A stretch of DNA of 64,000 nucleotides. Origin: Bdellovibrionales bacterium. Lineage in GTDB: Bacteria; Bdellovibrionota; Bdellovibrionia; Bdellovibrionales; JAGQZY01. The first letter of the stretch is position 1. The number at the start of each line of letters is the position of its first letter. Position numbers and translations under genes: made by a program. The DNA lies in contig CAXRHT010000002.1 in the NCBI GenBank assembly GCA_964230645.1, positions 1,088,001 to 1,152,000 on the forward strand, given 5' to 3'. The notes below the pieces were generated by a model. That model was not told the origin of the DNA, ran no database searches, and worked only from the letters and a program-made list of their open reading frames with translations. Of the stretch, positions 10,762-20,082 are shown piece by piece.

Positions 10762-11098
10762 CTTTAGCGCTCCTCATGTTGAATCAGAATTAATGAGTTT
10801 TATTGAACTCTCACTCTAAAAAAATGTTCAATTTTATCTTCAAGTGAGAATCAATTAGACCCAATAAGCCGGAATCGTTGGACTAATATTAACAATAAGA
10901 TTTTATGGAAGTCTAGAGTCGGACTTTCCAATGGCCCATTCCCGCTTAAAAGCTATACAGCTGCAAACTCCCAGATGTGGCCTGTAACAGCCCTCTGAGC
11001 CCTTAGATCCGCCCTCATCCTAATAGAGTTCGGCTATAATTTTTTAGTAATTGGTTATTATTTAAGCTTTGAAGACCCGAAAAATGATGCCTTCAAAC

Positions 11099-11389
11099 TC
11101 AGCGGTCCTGATCCTCATCGAGGAGGACCATCTCAGCCGGTGTGAAATATTTTTTTTCACTGTTACAAGGCTTACAAGCCACCACCACATTGCCTTTTGT
11201 GGTTTTACCCCCTCTGGAAAGAGGGGTTTTATGGTCCATCGTTAGATCCTTTTTTGCAAACTTCTGCTCGCAATAGTAGCAAAGTCCAAGCCCCAATTTC
11301 TGCTTCCACCACTGGGATTTACGCAGCTCTTTGGCTTTATTTCGCTCTTTCTTGATTTCTTTGTCAGAAACAAATCCATGCACCATCAT
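11099..11389 (-). CDS. Small HNH endonuclease
   Basis: CYYC...TMDHKTPLSRGG...NVVVACKPCNSEK. Confidence 0.85.
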   Translation of the reverse strand: MMVHGFVSDKEIKKERNKAKELRKSQWWKQKLGLGLCYYCEQKFAKKDLTMDHKTPLSRGGKTTKGNVVVACKPCNSEKKYFTPAEMVLLDEDQDR

Positions 11390-11502
11390 GGTTTCTCTAT
11401 AGCCGATTTTGACTACATGCGCAATTCCCTTATTCGCCAGGCCCTCGATTTACTCTCCGATCGGTTTGATTTAGATTCCCTTTTAACCAAAAGGAAGGCC
11501 CA

Positions 11503-11748
11503 TTGACACCAGAACAAGTAAAACAGCGTTTGGAAGAGACTTACCCAGAATCTTTCGTGGACGTGACCGATATGACCGGCACCCATGACCACTACTCCGT
11601 TTATATCGCCTCCGACACATTTAAAGGCATGTCCCGAATCCAGCGGCACAAACATGTGATGGCCGCATTTGATAGCGAGTTGAAATCTGGAGAAGTGCAC
11701 GCGCTAACCATACGAACCGATGAAAAAAACAAAGAGGAGAATTCTTAA
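11503..11748 (+). CDS. bolA: BolA/IbaG family protein
   Basis: DHY..IAS..FKG..RIQRH; HALTI; adjacent to a monothiol glutaredoxin. Confidence 0.85.
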   Translation: MTPEQVKQRLEETYPESFVDVTDMTGTHDHYSVYIASDTFKGMSRIQRHKHVMAAFDSELKSGEVHALTIRTDEKNKEENS

Positions 11749-11750
11749 TC

Positions 11751-12056
11751 ATGGAAACTAAAGAAAAAATTCAAAAAATGCTCGATGACAATAAAATCGT
11801 TCTTTTTATGAAGGGAAGTCCCGAGATGCCTCAGTGTGGTTTCTCCGCTAGAGCCGTGGCGATCCTTGCCGAACTCAATGCGACCTATCATTCCGTCGAC
11901 GTTTTGCAAGACCCCGAAATTCGCCAGGGCATCAAAGATTTCGGTCAGTGGCCCACTATTCCTCAGCTTTACGTTAACAAGGAGCTTTTAGGGGGCAGTG
12001 ACATTTTGATGGAAATGTTTGAATCCGGTGAATTAAAAACGGCCATCGAAAAATGA
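11751..12056 (+). CDS. grxD: Monothiol glutaredoxin Grx4
   Basis: FMKG, PQCGFS, WPTIPQLY and GGSD motifs. Confidence 0.93.
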   Translation: METKEKIQKMLDDNKIVLFMKGSPEMPQCGFSARAVAILAELNATYHSVDVLQDPEIRQGIKDFGQWPTIPQLYVNKELLGGSDILMEMFESGELKTAIEK

Positions 12057-12226
12057 AAAAAAACCTCTCCCGAGTCGAAGCCATTCTTCGACTCCTTGTA
12101 GGAAGTTTCCTATTTTATTTATTTATCGTCGGAGGGCCCACCTGGACCCTTCTCGGCCTTTACCTAATGATCACAGGCTCTTTTCGCTTTTGCCTCATTT
12201 TTTACTACCTCTCTTTTAAAATCTGA
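12053..12226 (+). CDS. Small membrane protein, DUF2892/YgaP-like (not in ORF track)
   Basis: Own translation, 57 aa: MKKNLSRVEAILRLLVG...GLYLMITGSFRFCLIFYYLSFKI; ATGA overlap with the grx stop. Confidence 0.7.
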   Translation: MKKNLSRVEAILRLLVGSFLFYLFIVGGPTWTLLGLYLMITGSFRFCLIFYYLSFKI

Positions 12227-12307
12227 TTTTTTCGTCTTACTTTTTTACAGGACCTTGATCCTAAAAGGCCTCCTGGTAAGGTTTCGCTTCTAAATCCATA
12301 AATTACT

Positions 12308-12334
12308 TAAAACCCCTTCCCATTATGCCGATGA
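12308..12334 (+). promoter_or_regulatory. Putative sigma28 (FliA) promoter
   Basis: TAAA-N15-GCCGATGA, ending 17 nt before the ATG of the phosphorelay operon. Confidence 0.7.
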
Positions 12335-12351
12335 GTCTTCTGAGGTAAGGT

Positions 12352-13035
12352 ATGAAGTTTTTAGTCGTGGATGATGATCCCGCCATATTAAAAATTACTA
12401 AAAAGTTTTTAGAACTTAACCAGCATGAGGTGGAGTGTTGTGAAAATGCTTTAGATGCTATCCAAGAATTGGGAAACCTCAGTTTTGACATCCTTATTAC
12501 CGATGCCACAATGCCAGCCTTTAGTGGCTTTGATCTTATTCGCTCGGTACGAAAAACTCCTGAGCTCCATTATCTAAGTATCGCCATGCTGACCGGACGC
12601 AGTGAAAAAAGTGACATTGAACAAGCTCTTGAACTCGGAGTTCAAGACTACATCGTCAAACCCATTGATCCTGAAGTCTTTATGGAAAAAGTGGATAAGC
12701 TTGTTGAAAGACATAAACTCAAAAAAGCTCAGAAACCTGTGGCGAAAAATTACAACGCCGAAATGTCTGTTCCCGTTGAAGTCAAACGAATCACAGATAT
12801 AGGTTTGAGCATTGAAAGCCCCTATCCTTTAGAGAAGGGAACAATCGTCACCTTAAATCTTGATGAGCTGCAAAATGAGGGGCTGATGCAAAACCAATTC
12901 AAAGCGATCTTTAATAGCGAATCCAGCAAGTCCGGGAAAGTCTTAACCGAACTTCTTTTATTAAACCTCTCCGAGAAAGATCAGAAAACCCTCAGCAAAG
13001 TTGCAAAAAACTGGGACAAACAAAAGGCCGCATAA
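12352..13035 (+). CDS. Response regulator with degenerate PilZ-like C-terminal domain
   Basis: VVDDD, TDATMP, MLTG and VKP receiver motifs; beta-rich C-terminal part (VKRITDIGLSIES). Confidence 0.8.
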   Translation: MKFLVVDDDPAILKITKKFLELNQHEVECCENALDAIQELGNLSFDILITDATMPAFSGFDLIRSVRKTPELHYLSIAMLTGRSEKSDIEQALELGVQDYIVKPIDPEVFMEKVDKLVERHKLKKAQKPVAKNYNAEMSVPVEVKRITDIGLSIESPYPLEKGTIVTLNLDELQNEGLMQNQFKAIFNSESSKSGKVLTELLLLNLSEKDQKTLSKVAKNWDKQKAA

Positions 13036-13404
13036 ATGAAAATACTCCTCGCAGAAGATGACCTCAACATTGTGAAAATCGCCCAGATGATTCTTGAGAA
13101 AGTGGGAGGCCACCAGGTGGACGTGGCCAATGACGGCGGAGAGGCTCTTGATAAAGGCCTAAACAATTACTACGACTTGATTATTCTTGACGGAATGATG
13201 CCGGTGCGACCAGGACTTGAAGTTTGTAAATTGTATTTTGAGCAAAAGCAGGGAGAAAAGGCGAGAATTATTTTCCTCAGTGCAAAGTCCTCTCAAAAAG
13301 ACATCAATGAATTCTTAAGCCTTGGCTCAGGATATATACAAAAACCATTTGAACCGCAAAATCTCTGTAACCTCATCGACGAAATTCTGCAAAAGGCCGC
13401 ATAG
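13036..13404 (+). CDS. Single-domain response regulator
   Basis: LAEDD, LDGMMP, FLSA and KPF receiver motifs. Confidence 0.9.
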   Translation: MKILLAEDDLNIVKIAQMILEKVGGHQVDVANDGGEALDKGLNNYYDLIILDGMMPVRPGLEVCKLYFEQKQGEKARIIFLSAKSSQKDINEFLSLGSGYIQKPFEPQNLCNLIDEILQKAA

Positions 13405-14762
13405 TGAAGACGATCAAAGCCAAAATTAATTTAGTTATGTTCCTAATGCTTGGAACCGCTTTGAGTTTTGGCTATCTTGCCTATAAGAACAATCAAAAAC
13501 TTGAAACCGTACAACAACGAGTTTCAAAAAGTCTTCTTCTTCGCGATGAAGTTAAAGACCTTGACCCCATGGAAAGAAGTCCCAAGGTTCTTAATCATTT
13601 GAAAAGCTACAAAGAGGACCTAAATGAACCAGAGCGCTATGAGGCTTTGAGCAATCTGATCCAGGCCTATAACTCTAGCAACACCAAGCTTTTTGATCGC
13701 AGAACAGCAGAGTTTGAAAAAATTGAACAAAAGTTTTTTAAAGTCTCTCAGTGGGTGATCCAGAAATACAAAAAAGAAGTGCAGTTCTACATTTTACTTG
13801 GAACTATTCTTCCCCTTCTGGGCCTTTGTGGATTGATTTACTACTTCAATTATGGAGTTCTCTCTCCCCTGCAAACTCTGTCCAATCGCATGATGGAGTT
13901 TTTGATTGATCAATACACTTTTCGATTTTCAAGCCCTCCTAACAACGAAATTGGAAATTTGGAGAGAACTTTTAATTCCCTGGCCCAAAAAGTCCTTAAC
14001 AATATGGACGAACTCTTAGCCTTGGACCGAGCGAAATCAGAATTCGTAAGTATAGCTAGTCATGAGCTAAGAACTCCACTGACTTCGATTAAAGGCTCCC
14101 TTGGATTATTAAGTAATGAAATTGTGGGTACACTTGATAAAGACGCCAAAGAGATGGTGATGGTAGCCGAGCACGAAACCGACCGCCTGGTTCGACTCAT
14201 TAACGATATGCTGGATTTAGCAAAAATTGAATCACGCTCCTTAACTCTTAAAAAAGAGTGGTCCTCTTTACCGGAACTTTTCCAGGCCACCACTCAAAGC
14301 TTGCATGGCTTTGCCGCTTCGGCGAACGTGCAGCTATCCACCGAATTTGCTCCTGAGTTAACTCACTGCGAAGTGGAAATGGACTCCGACCGTATTCAGC
14401 AAGTCCTAACCAACCTTATATCAAATGCGATAAAATATAGTCCTAAAGATGGCGTGGTGACTCTCCGAGCTCAACCTCTTAATAGTCAACAGCTTGAAAT
14501 CAGTATCACGGATCAAGGCCAGGGAATCTCTGATGAGAACCAGCGCCTTATTTTTGAGAAATTTCGTCAAGCCACAGACTCCTCCCACCCTCTCGTAAAA
14601 GGAACAGGACTGGGGCTTGCCATTTCAAAGGCCTTGGTTGAGGAACATGAAGGAAAAATTGGTGTTCGCTCTAAAGAAGGACAAGGTTCTAGCTTTTATT
14701 TTGTTTTACCCCAGTGGAGGAATCAGGATATCATTAACGAGACTGAGAAAAAGGCCGCATAA
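13404..14762 (+). CDS. Membrane sensor histidine kinase (2 TM, HAMP, HisKA, HATPase)
   Basis: [26 protein letters not shown] and GTGLGL motifs. Confidence 0.93.
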   Translation: MKTIKAKINLVMFLMLGTALSFGYLAYKNNQKLETVQQRVSKSLLLRDEVKDLDPMERSPKVLNHLKSYKEDLNEPERYEALSNLIQAYNSSNTKLFDRRTAEFEKIEQKFFKVSQWVIQKYKKEVQFYILLGTILPLLGLCGLIYYFNYGVLSPLQTLSNRMMEFLIDQYTFRFSSPPNNEIGNLERTFNSLAQKVLNNMDELLALDRAKSEFVSIASHELRTPLTSIKGSLGLLSNEIVGTLDKDAKEMVMVAEHETDRLVRLINDMLDLAKIESRSLTLKKEWSSLPELFQATTQSLHGFAASANVQLSTEFAPELTHCEVEMDSDRIQQVLTNLISNAIKYSPKDGVVTLRAQPLNSQQLEISITDQGQGISDENQRLIFEKFRQATDSSHPLVKGTGLGLAISKALVEEHEGKIGVRSKEGQGSSFYFVLPQWRNQDIINETEKKAA

Positions 14763-15113
14763 GTGAACAAAGCCAATTACAGCGAAGTTATGAAAGAACT
14801 CAGACAAGAGTATCTTGAAGGCTTCGAAGAGAAATTCAAATTCTGGAACCAGTGTTTCGAAGATGAAAATTGGGACCAGTTGGAGCTAGAGTTTCATAAG
14901 ATGAAAGGCACCGGCTCCACCTACGGAGTGCCCGAAGTGTCTTTGCTTTGCCAGCACCTGGAGAGAATCTGTCGTCAGACAAAGCCTCTCCCCCGCCCCC
15001 TTCTTGACTCAGCCATCCGTATGCTCAGCGCCATCAAAGAAAAATACCTCCACGACCGAGAATATTCCCTGGGAGAAGACCCTGATTTTGAAAAAATCCA
15101 GAATCTTTCCTGA
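14763..15113 (+). CDS. Stand-alone Hpt phosphotransfer protein
   Basis: FHKMKGTGSTYG...CQHLE. Confidence 0.85.
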   Translation: MNKANYSEVMKELRQEYLEGFEEKFKFWNQCFEDENWDQLELEFHKMKGTGSTYGVPEVSLLCQHLERICRQTKPLPRPLLDSAIRMLSAIKEKYLHDREYSLGEDPDFEKIQNLS

Positions 15114-15155
15114 ATTGAGGTTTCTTTTTTTCCTTTAAACCGTTAAAACCGTAGG

Positions 15156-15896
15156 ATGAACAGTCCATATTCGAACTCTCAGCGTGATTACACCATCGAG
15201 CCAGGCTGTCCCTGGTATGATGCGCAACAGACCTATGGAGCACCCAACGTCAACTGGTGCGAACCCACTCAATGCGCCATGATCAATGAGCCGGCCAACA
15301 CTTGGAGTAATTTAGGCTTTATCTTTATAGCGATCGTTTTGGTAAGAAAGCTCCGAGTGGCTCCCATCTCCTGGTTCCCTTTGGCTGTTTTTACAATGGG
15401 AATTCTCTCAGGCGTTTACCACGCCTCGAACAATTACCTCACCCAGTTTCTTGATTTCGTGGGCATGTACTTAATGATGAGCTTTTTGCTCGCCTTTAAC
15501 TTTAACCGCGTCTTTCGTTTTTTCGGATTTAAATTCTTCACCGTCTATTGGTTTTTCGTATTCATAAACACCTCAGTCTTTATGATTTACGATATCTTAG
15601 ACATTCCTCCTCAACAAACGATGTTGATGAACGTTGTTCCCATCGTGGTCTTTGATCTTATGGCTGGTATTAGTGAGGGGTCTCTGCGCCGCTATAAGTA
15701 TTTTTTCCTAGCCGTGCTCTTTTTAGGAGTGGCTCAAGCTTGTGCTATTGCTGATATTCAAAGAATGTACTGTGACCCCAGTCACCCTTGGCTCCATGGC
15801 CATGTGCTATGGCATGTGCTTGCCAGTGTCGGAATGCTCTTTGCCGGACTCCATATGAAGCGCGTCCACAAAGGTGGCGAACGAATGTTCTTATAA
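15156..15896 (+). CDS. Alkaline ceramidase-like (CREST superfamily) membrane hydrolase
   Basis: NWCE, EPANTWSN, SGVYH, D and HVLWH motifs; about 7 TM segments. Confidence 0.75.
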   Translation: MNSPYSNSQRDYTIEPGCPWYDAQQTYGAPNVNWCEPTQCAMINEPANTWSNLGFIFIAIVLVRKLRVAPISWFPLAVFTMGILSGVYHASNNYLTQFLDFVGMYLMMSFLLAFNFNRVFRFFGFKFFTVYWFFVFINTSVFMIYDILDIPPQQTMLMNVVPIVVFDLMAGISEGSLRRYKYFFLAVLFLGVAQACAIADIQRMYCDPSHPWLHGHVLWHVLASVGMLFAGLHMKRVHKGGERMFL

Positions 15897-15947
15897 GGGG
15901 CTAGAGCTTCCCACTCAGGCCTCTCATTTGACTTGCCAAAAATGATC

Positions 15948-15965
15948 GTTCATGGTTTCGTGATC
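15948..15965. promoter_or_regulatory. Candidate operator GTTCA-N8-TGATC upstream of the GbsR-type regulator
   Basis: Near-palindrome just downstream of TTGACT (15928-15933); matches the site at 18630-18655. Confidence 0.5.
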
Positions 15966-15987
15966 AAAAGTAAACAGTGAGTGTGAG

Positions 15988-16500
15988 ATGGACCCGATAA
16001 AAAATCAAACTGTCCTAAAATTTGTAGAATCCGTGGGAGATTTTATCGAGTACTGGGGATTTAAAAATGTCCATGGCCGCATTTGGGCCCTGGCCTTTCT
16101 TCACCCGGAACCTGTGGATGCCAATTACTTTAAAAATTCTCTAGGGATTTCAAAAGCTCTTACAAGCATGTCCATCCGTGAACTCTTAGAGTACGATGTT
16201 TTACTTGAGGTAAAAAAGTCTCGTCCGGAAACTCAAAAATACAGAGCCAATCCAGACATCACTCAAGTTATTATCAATGTTCTTAAAAAAAGAGAGTTAA
16301 AACTTCTTAAAGAAGTGAACAAGAATTTTCATAAAGTTCAAAAGCAAAAGTGTCCCCAAGTCTGCCCGGAGAGAGCTACTGATCTTAATAATATGATCGA
16401 TACGGCCGAGACAATTCTTACAACTATGGTGGGCCTTGGTCAGGTGGACTTTAATGAGGTGGGTGAAACCTTTAAGAATTCCGATTGGAATTCTCACTAG
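15988..16500 (+). CDS. GbsR/MarR-type transcriptional regulator
   Basis: G.FIEYWGF...GRIW; LGISKALTSMSIREL winged HTH. Confidence 0.8.
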   Translation: MDPIKNQTVLKFVESVGDFIEYWGFKNVHGRIWALAFLHPEPVDANYFKNSLGISKALTSMSIRELLEYDVLLEVKKSRPETQKYRANPDITQVIINVLKKRELKLLKEVNKNFHKVQKQKCPQVCPERATDLNNMIDTAETILTTMVGLGQVDFNEVGETFKNSDWNSH

Positions 16501-17108
16501 CTCCAGTTTTTGATCCAGAAACTTAGGGGCTTTTTATCCTCGGAATCTTTATCACGATCTTTCCAGGCTACCCAACTTTGTAGTGCCTCTTCTTTTCGGT
16601 AGCCCATTCGATTCCAGAATTTATGAAGGGGCTTATAATCTTCTGGTTTTAAAGGATGATCTTCATCTCGCTCAACCGCACAGAAACAGGTTATTTTAAG
16701 AGAGCTCATGACCTCTTTGGCATGTTTTTCACGCTCTTCAAAAAATAAATGACCCAATTTATTGCCACGAGCCTCTTTAAGAACAATGGACTCTCCGAAG
16801 TAAAAAATCGAATTTAGATCGTAATTTTGTTCGACAAAGGGTTTTTGAAAATCGCTGGTCTCATCCACTAGTGGAAGACCAGTGCTGGCTCCAATTAGTT
16901 TCGTATCCTTGAAAACAAGAAGAGCCACACTGTCTGGAGAGCTTAGGTAGGTGTCCAAATATTCTCTTTCGTAACCAAGATCCCCATCATACAGATAGGG
17001 AAATTCATAAAAAACTTTGATCCGAAGCTCGGCTAATTTATCCACATAGGGTTCAAGCTCTTTGCCTCTAACCTTCAAAATTTCTAAGTCATTTCTTTCA
17101 ATATTCAT
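16497..17108 (-). CDS. GNAT family N-acetyltransferase
   Basis: LRI.VF.EFPYLYDG, YFGESIV...RG..LGH.FF, FW..MGY. Confidence 0.8.
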   Translation of the reverse strand: MNIERNDLEILKVRGKELEPYVDKLAELRIKVFYEFPYLYDGDLGYEREYLDTYLSSPDSVALLVFKDTKLIGASTGLPLVDETSDFQKPFVEQNYDLNSIFYFGESIVLKEARGNKLGHLFFEEREKHAKEVMSSLKITCFCAVERDEDHPLKPEDYKPLHKFWNRMGYRKEEALQSWVAWKDRDKDSEDKKPLSFWIKNWS

Positions 17109-18586
17109 TAACCCTTGGCCTCTTTGTAACGATCAAGCGCCATTTCTCGTCTCTCCTTATGGTCAACAATGGGCTTTGGGTAATCCGGATGATCGATGGG
17201 TTTATGGAAGTCACTGGCTTCAAGGTCTTTAAGCTCAGGAAGATAGGTTTTCATATACTCGGCGTCCTCATCGAATTTCTTCCCCTGTGTCCAAGGGTTA
17301 AAAATTCGGAAATAGGGCTGGGGGTCACATCCCGTTGAAGCCGCCCACTGCCACCCCCCATTATTAGCGGCAAGATCCCCATCGAGAAGCTTTTCCATAA
17401 AATACTGCTCCCCCCAACGCCAATCGATAAGAAGATCTTTTGTTAAAAAAGACGCCACAATCATGCGCACGCGGTTGTGCATCCATCCAGTAGTGTTAAG
17501 CTCCCTCATACCAGCGTCCACAATAGGATATCCAGTCTTGCCCTCTTTCCAGGCCTTGAAGTGGTTTTTATTGTTAATCCACTTCACCTTTTTAAAATCT
17601 TCTAAAAAGGCTTCTTTCTCGACTCTAGGGAAATGATACAAAATATGGTAGTAGAACTCACGCCAAATAAGTTCATTGAAAAAAGCATCACGGTTGTTTT
17701 TCTTTTTTCCAAAAGGCTTGAGGTCAAAGTATTTAATAATGATCGGAACCGTAAGAGAACCATTTTTAAGAAACATGGAAAATCGCGAAGTAGCTTTAAC
17801 AGAAGGGATGTCCCTCTTATCTCCGTACTCATCAATTTTCTTTTTAAACTCTTTGAGAGCCTCGTAGGCAGCTTCTGTCCCAGCCTTTGGGATATCGATA
17901 TCCACCTTTTTCTTGTTCTCATCTTTGTAACTTTTCAAAATGTCCTGATAATCTTTTTTATCATCAAAGAGCTGATTCCAGGTGAGTCGAAAAAGTTTTT
18001 CATCGCGGTTGACCTTTTTTAGGTATTTTAAAGCGGACTCTTGCCGGCTCACCCTTTCTTGAACATCTTTGGTTTTAAAAATTTCAAGCCAACGTCGAGA
18101 AAATGGTGTGAACACTTGGTAGGGGCCATCTCCGGTTTTTTTGCTCAGTTCATGAGGTTCTATTAAAAGGTGATCTCTTTGAATTTGCACCTCAATTCCT
18201 TCGCCTTCAAAAAGCTTTTTCATCTTTTTGTCGCGCTCTCTGGAAAATGGCTCATAATCCTGACCCCAAGTCATGAGACTGGGAAGAGCGCCGTACTGTT
18301 TGTTTAGTTTTTTTAACAAATCAGGGAAAGCCTCCTCAGGGCCCACATCCATAAAGAGAAGATCGCTTCCCTTCCTGCGCAGCTCTTTTTGCAATTCAAA
18401 GAGAGTTTCAATAAAAAATTGAAAACGATTGTGCGAGAAATCGTTGCGACTGAGAAATTTCTTATCAAAACAAAAGACGCCAACAACCCGTCCATCATTT
18501 TCTTTTAGATTTCTTAACAAACCATTGTTTCCAGCGATTCTCAGGTCTCGACGAAACCAATGGATTCCATAACTTTCTTTTTCCAT
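17108..18586 (-). CDS. phrB: Deoxyribodipyrimidine photolyase (class I CPD/cryptochrome family)
   Basis: WFRRDLRI, ELIWREFY, GWMHNRVRMIVASFL, NNGGWQW and RIFNP motifs; alternative GTG start at 18592. Confidence 0.92.
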   Translation of the reverse strand: MEKESYGIHWFRRDLRIAGNNGLLRNLKENDGRVVGVFCFDKKFLSRNDFSHNRFQFFIETLFELQKELRRKGSDLLFMDVGPEEAFPDLLKKLNKQYGALPSLMTWGQDYEPFSRERDKKMKKLFEGEGIEVQIQRDHLLIEPHELSKKTGDGPYQVFTPFSRRWLEIFKTKDVQERVSRQESALKYLKKVNRDEKLFRLTWNQLFDDKKDYQDILKSYKDENKKKVDIDIPKAGTEAAYEALKEFKKKIDEYGDKRDIPSVKATSRFSMFLKNGSLTVPIIIKYFDLKPFGKKKNNRDAFFNELIWREFYYHILYHFPRVEKEAFLEDFKKVKWINNKNHFKAWKEGKTGYPIVDAGMRELNTTGWMHNRVRMIVASFLTKDLLIDWRWGEQYFMEKLLDGDLAANNGGWQWAASTGCDPQPYFRIFNPWTQGKKFDEDAEYMKTYLPELKDLEASDFHKPIDHPDYPKPIVDHKERREMALDRYKEAKG

Positions 18587-18629
18587 AGACACTCAGTGAT
18601 ACATTGACATCCTCCTTAAAATCAACGAA

Positions 18630-18655
18630 ATTTGTTCAGAAGGATGTGAACAAAT
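18630..18655. promoter_or_regulatory. Perfect inverted repeat ATTTGTTCA-N8-TGAACAAAT, candidate repressor site
   Basis: Lies in the photolyase/TIGR01777 divergent region and overlaps the RBS and ATG; TTGACA at 18604-18609. Confidence 0.6.
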
Positions 18656-20027
18656 GAACATACTTATATCAGGAGGCACAGGCCTCGTTGGAACAGAAAT
18701 CGGAAAAAAGTTAGCCGGCAAAGGACACAAACTTTTTATCCTCACTCGCTCAAAAGAAAAAGCGGCCAAGCAATGCCCATTCCCCAATACACCTGTATCT
18801 TGGGATGAGCTTGAATCATCAAATATCGGTGCTGACCTTGAAGGAATTATCAATCTCGCTGGAACCAATATTTTTGAAAACCGTTGGAATTCCGAAGTAA
18901 AAAAGAAAATTCACCAATCACGAATTGAGTCCACAAGGACCTTGGTAAATTTCGCCAACCAAAAATGCAAGAACTTAAAGAGCTTTGTTTCAACCTCGGC
19001 TGTCGGGATTTACGGTGAAGCGGATGAACAAATGGTCACTGAGGAAAACAGCCTCTCCTATAGCTTCCTTGGACAAGTCTGCCAAGACTGGGAGGCTGAA
19101 GCTAAAAATCTTAAGGTCGGAAATTTGAGTATTGTTCGTGTGGGAATTGCTTTTTCCGAAAAAGGCGGCGCACTCGAAGAGATGGTTCCTCCTATCCAAG
19201 CCGGCGTGGGTGGAGCTCTTGGCGATGGCAAAGCCTATATGAGCTGGATTGATATCGATGATCTCTCAGATATCTTCATTCACTGTTTAGAAAATTCCCT
19301 TACAGGCACGTACAATGCCACAGCCCCCAATCCCGCCACTAATCAAGAAATATCAAAAGAAATTGCCAATCACCTTGGCACCTCTCTTCTAATGAATGTA
19401 CCCTTCTTTGCTTTAAGAATGGTGGTGGGACCCGTTGCAAAACATCTTGTTGAATCTCAGACAATTAGCTCGGAAAAAATTCAAAAGACTGGTTTTAAAT
19501 TTAAGTACACCAACATCAAAGATTCCATTAAAACAAGAGTCCCTAAACTCAAAGGCACTCAAAGGCGTTACATTTTTGAGCAGTGGGTTCCGCAAAGCAA
19601 AGAAGAGATATTCCCCTTCTTTTCTGAAGCGAAAAATCTTGAGCGCATCACTCCTGATTCCTTAAGTTTTCATATCGTCTCTGTCTCTACTGATGAAATA
19701 CAAGAGGGCACTGAAATCAACTACCGTCTAAAAGTTGATGGCATCCCACTCAAGTGGAAAACCATCATTCAACAGTGGGACCCTCCCCACCAATTCGTCG
19801 ACAACCAGGAAAAGGGCCCTTACCGCAAATGGCACCACACCCATCGCTTTGAAGAGCTTGCTGGCGGAACGCTAATGACGGATCAGGTAGACTTTGAGCT
19901 TCCCCTGGGAGCTCTTGGTTATATGGCGGCTGGGTGGAAAGTTCTTAAGGATGTAAATAACATCTTTGAATTCCGTAGAGAGAAAATTTACGACCTTTAC
20001 GTCAAAGATAAAAATCAGAGTCGCTGA
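18654..20027 (+). CDS. TIGR01777 epimerase-family oxidoreductase fused to an SRPBCC domain
   Basis: SGGTGLVG, NLAG, SRI.ST, CQDWE, SWI.IDD; C-terminal FVD.Q.KGPY.KWHHTH.F. Confidence 0.88.
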   Translation: MNILISGGTGLVGTEIGKKLAGKGHKLFILTRSKEKAAKQCPFPNTPVSWDELESSNIGADLEGIINLAGTNIFENRWNSEVKKKIHQSRIESTRTLVNFANQKCKNLKSFVSTSAVGIYGEADEQMVTEENSLSYSFLGQVCQDWEAEAKNLKVGNLSIVRVGIAFSEKGGALEEMVPPIQAGVGGALGDGKAYMSWIDIDDLSDIFIHCLENSLTGTYNATAPNPATNQEISKEIANHLGTSLLMNVPFFALRMVVGPVAKHLVESQTISSEKIQKTGFKFKYTNIKDSIKTRVPKLKGTQRRYIFEQWVPQSKEEIFPFFSEAKNLERITPDSLSFHIVSVSTDEIQEGTEINYRLKVDGIPLKWKTIIQQWDPPHQFVDNQEKGPYRKWHHTHRFEELAGGTLMTDQVDFELPLGALGYMAAGWKVLKDVNNIFEFRREKIYDLYVKDKNQSR

Positions 20028-20082
20028 CGATTTGATTACATAGATTAATAATCAAAACCAAGTTTCCCCGTGCCTCTTGTTC

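Noticed and set aside
11099..11389. HNH as a homing endonuclease or a defence partner of Topo VI
   Set aside because: It is separated from top6B by more than 330 bp, with no intron or methylase context; it looks like a common stand-alone small HNH
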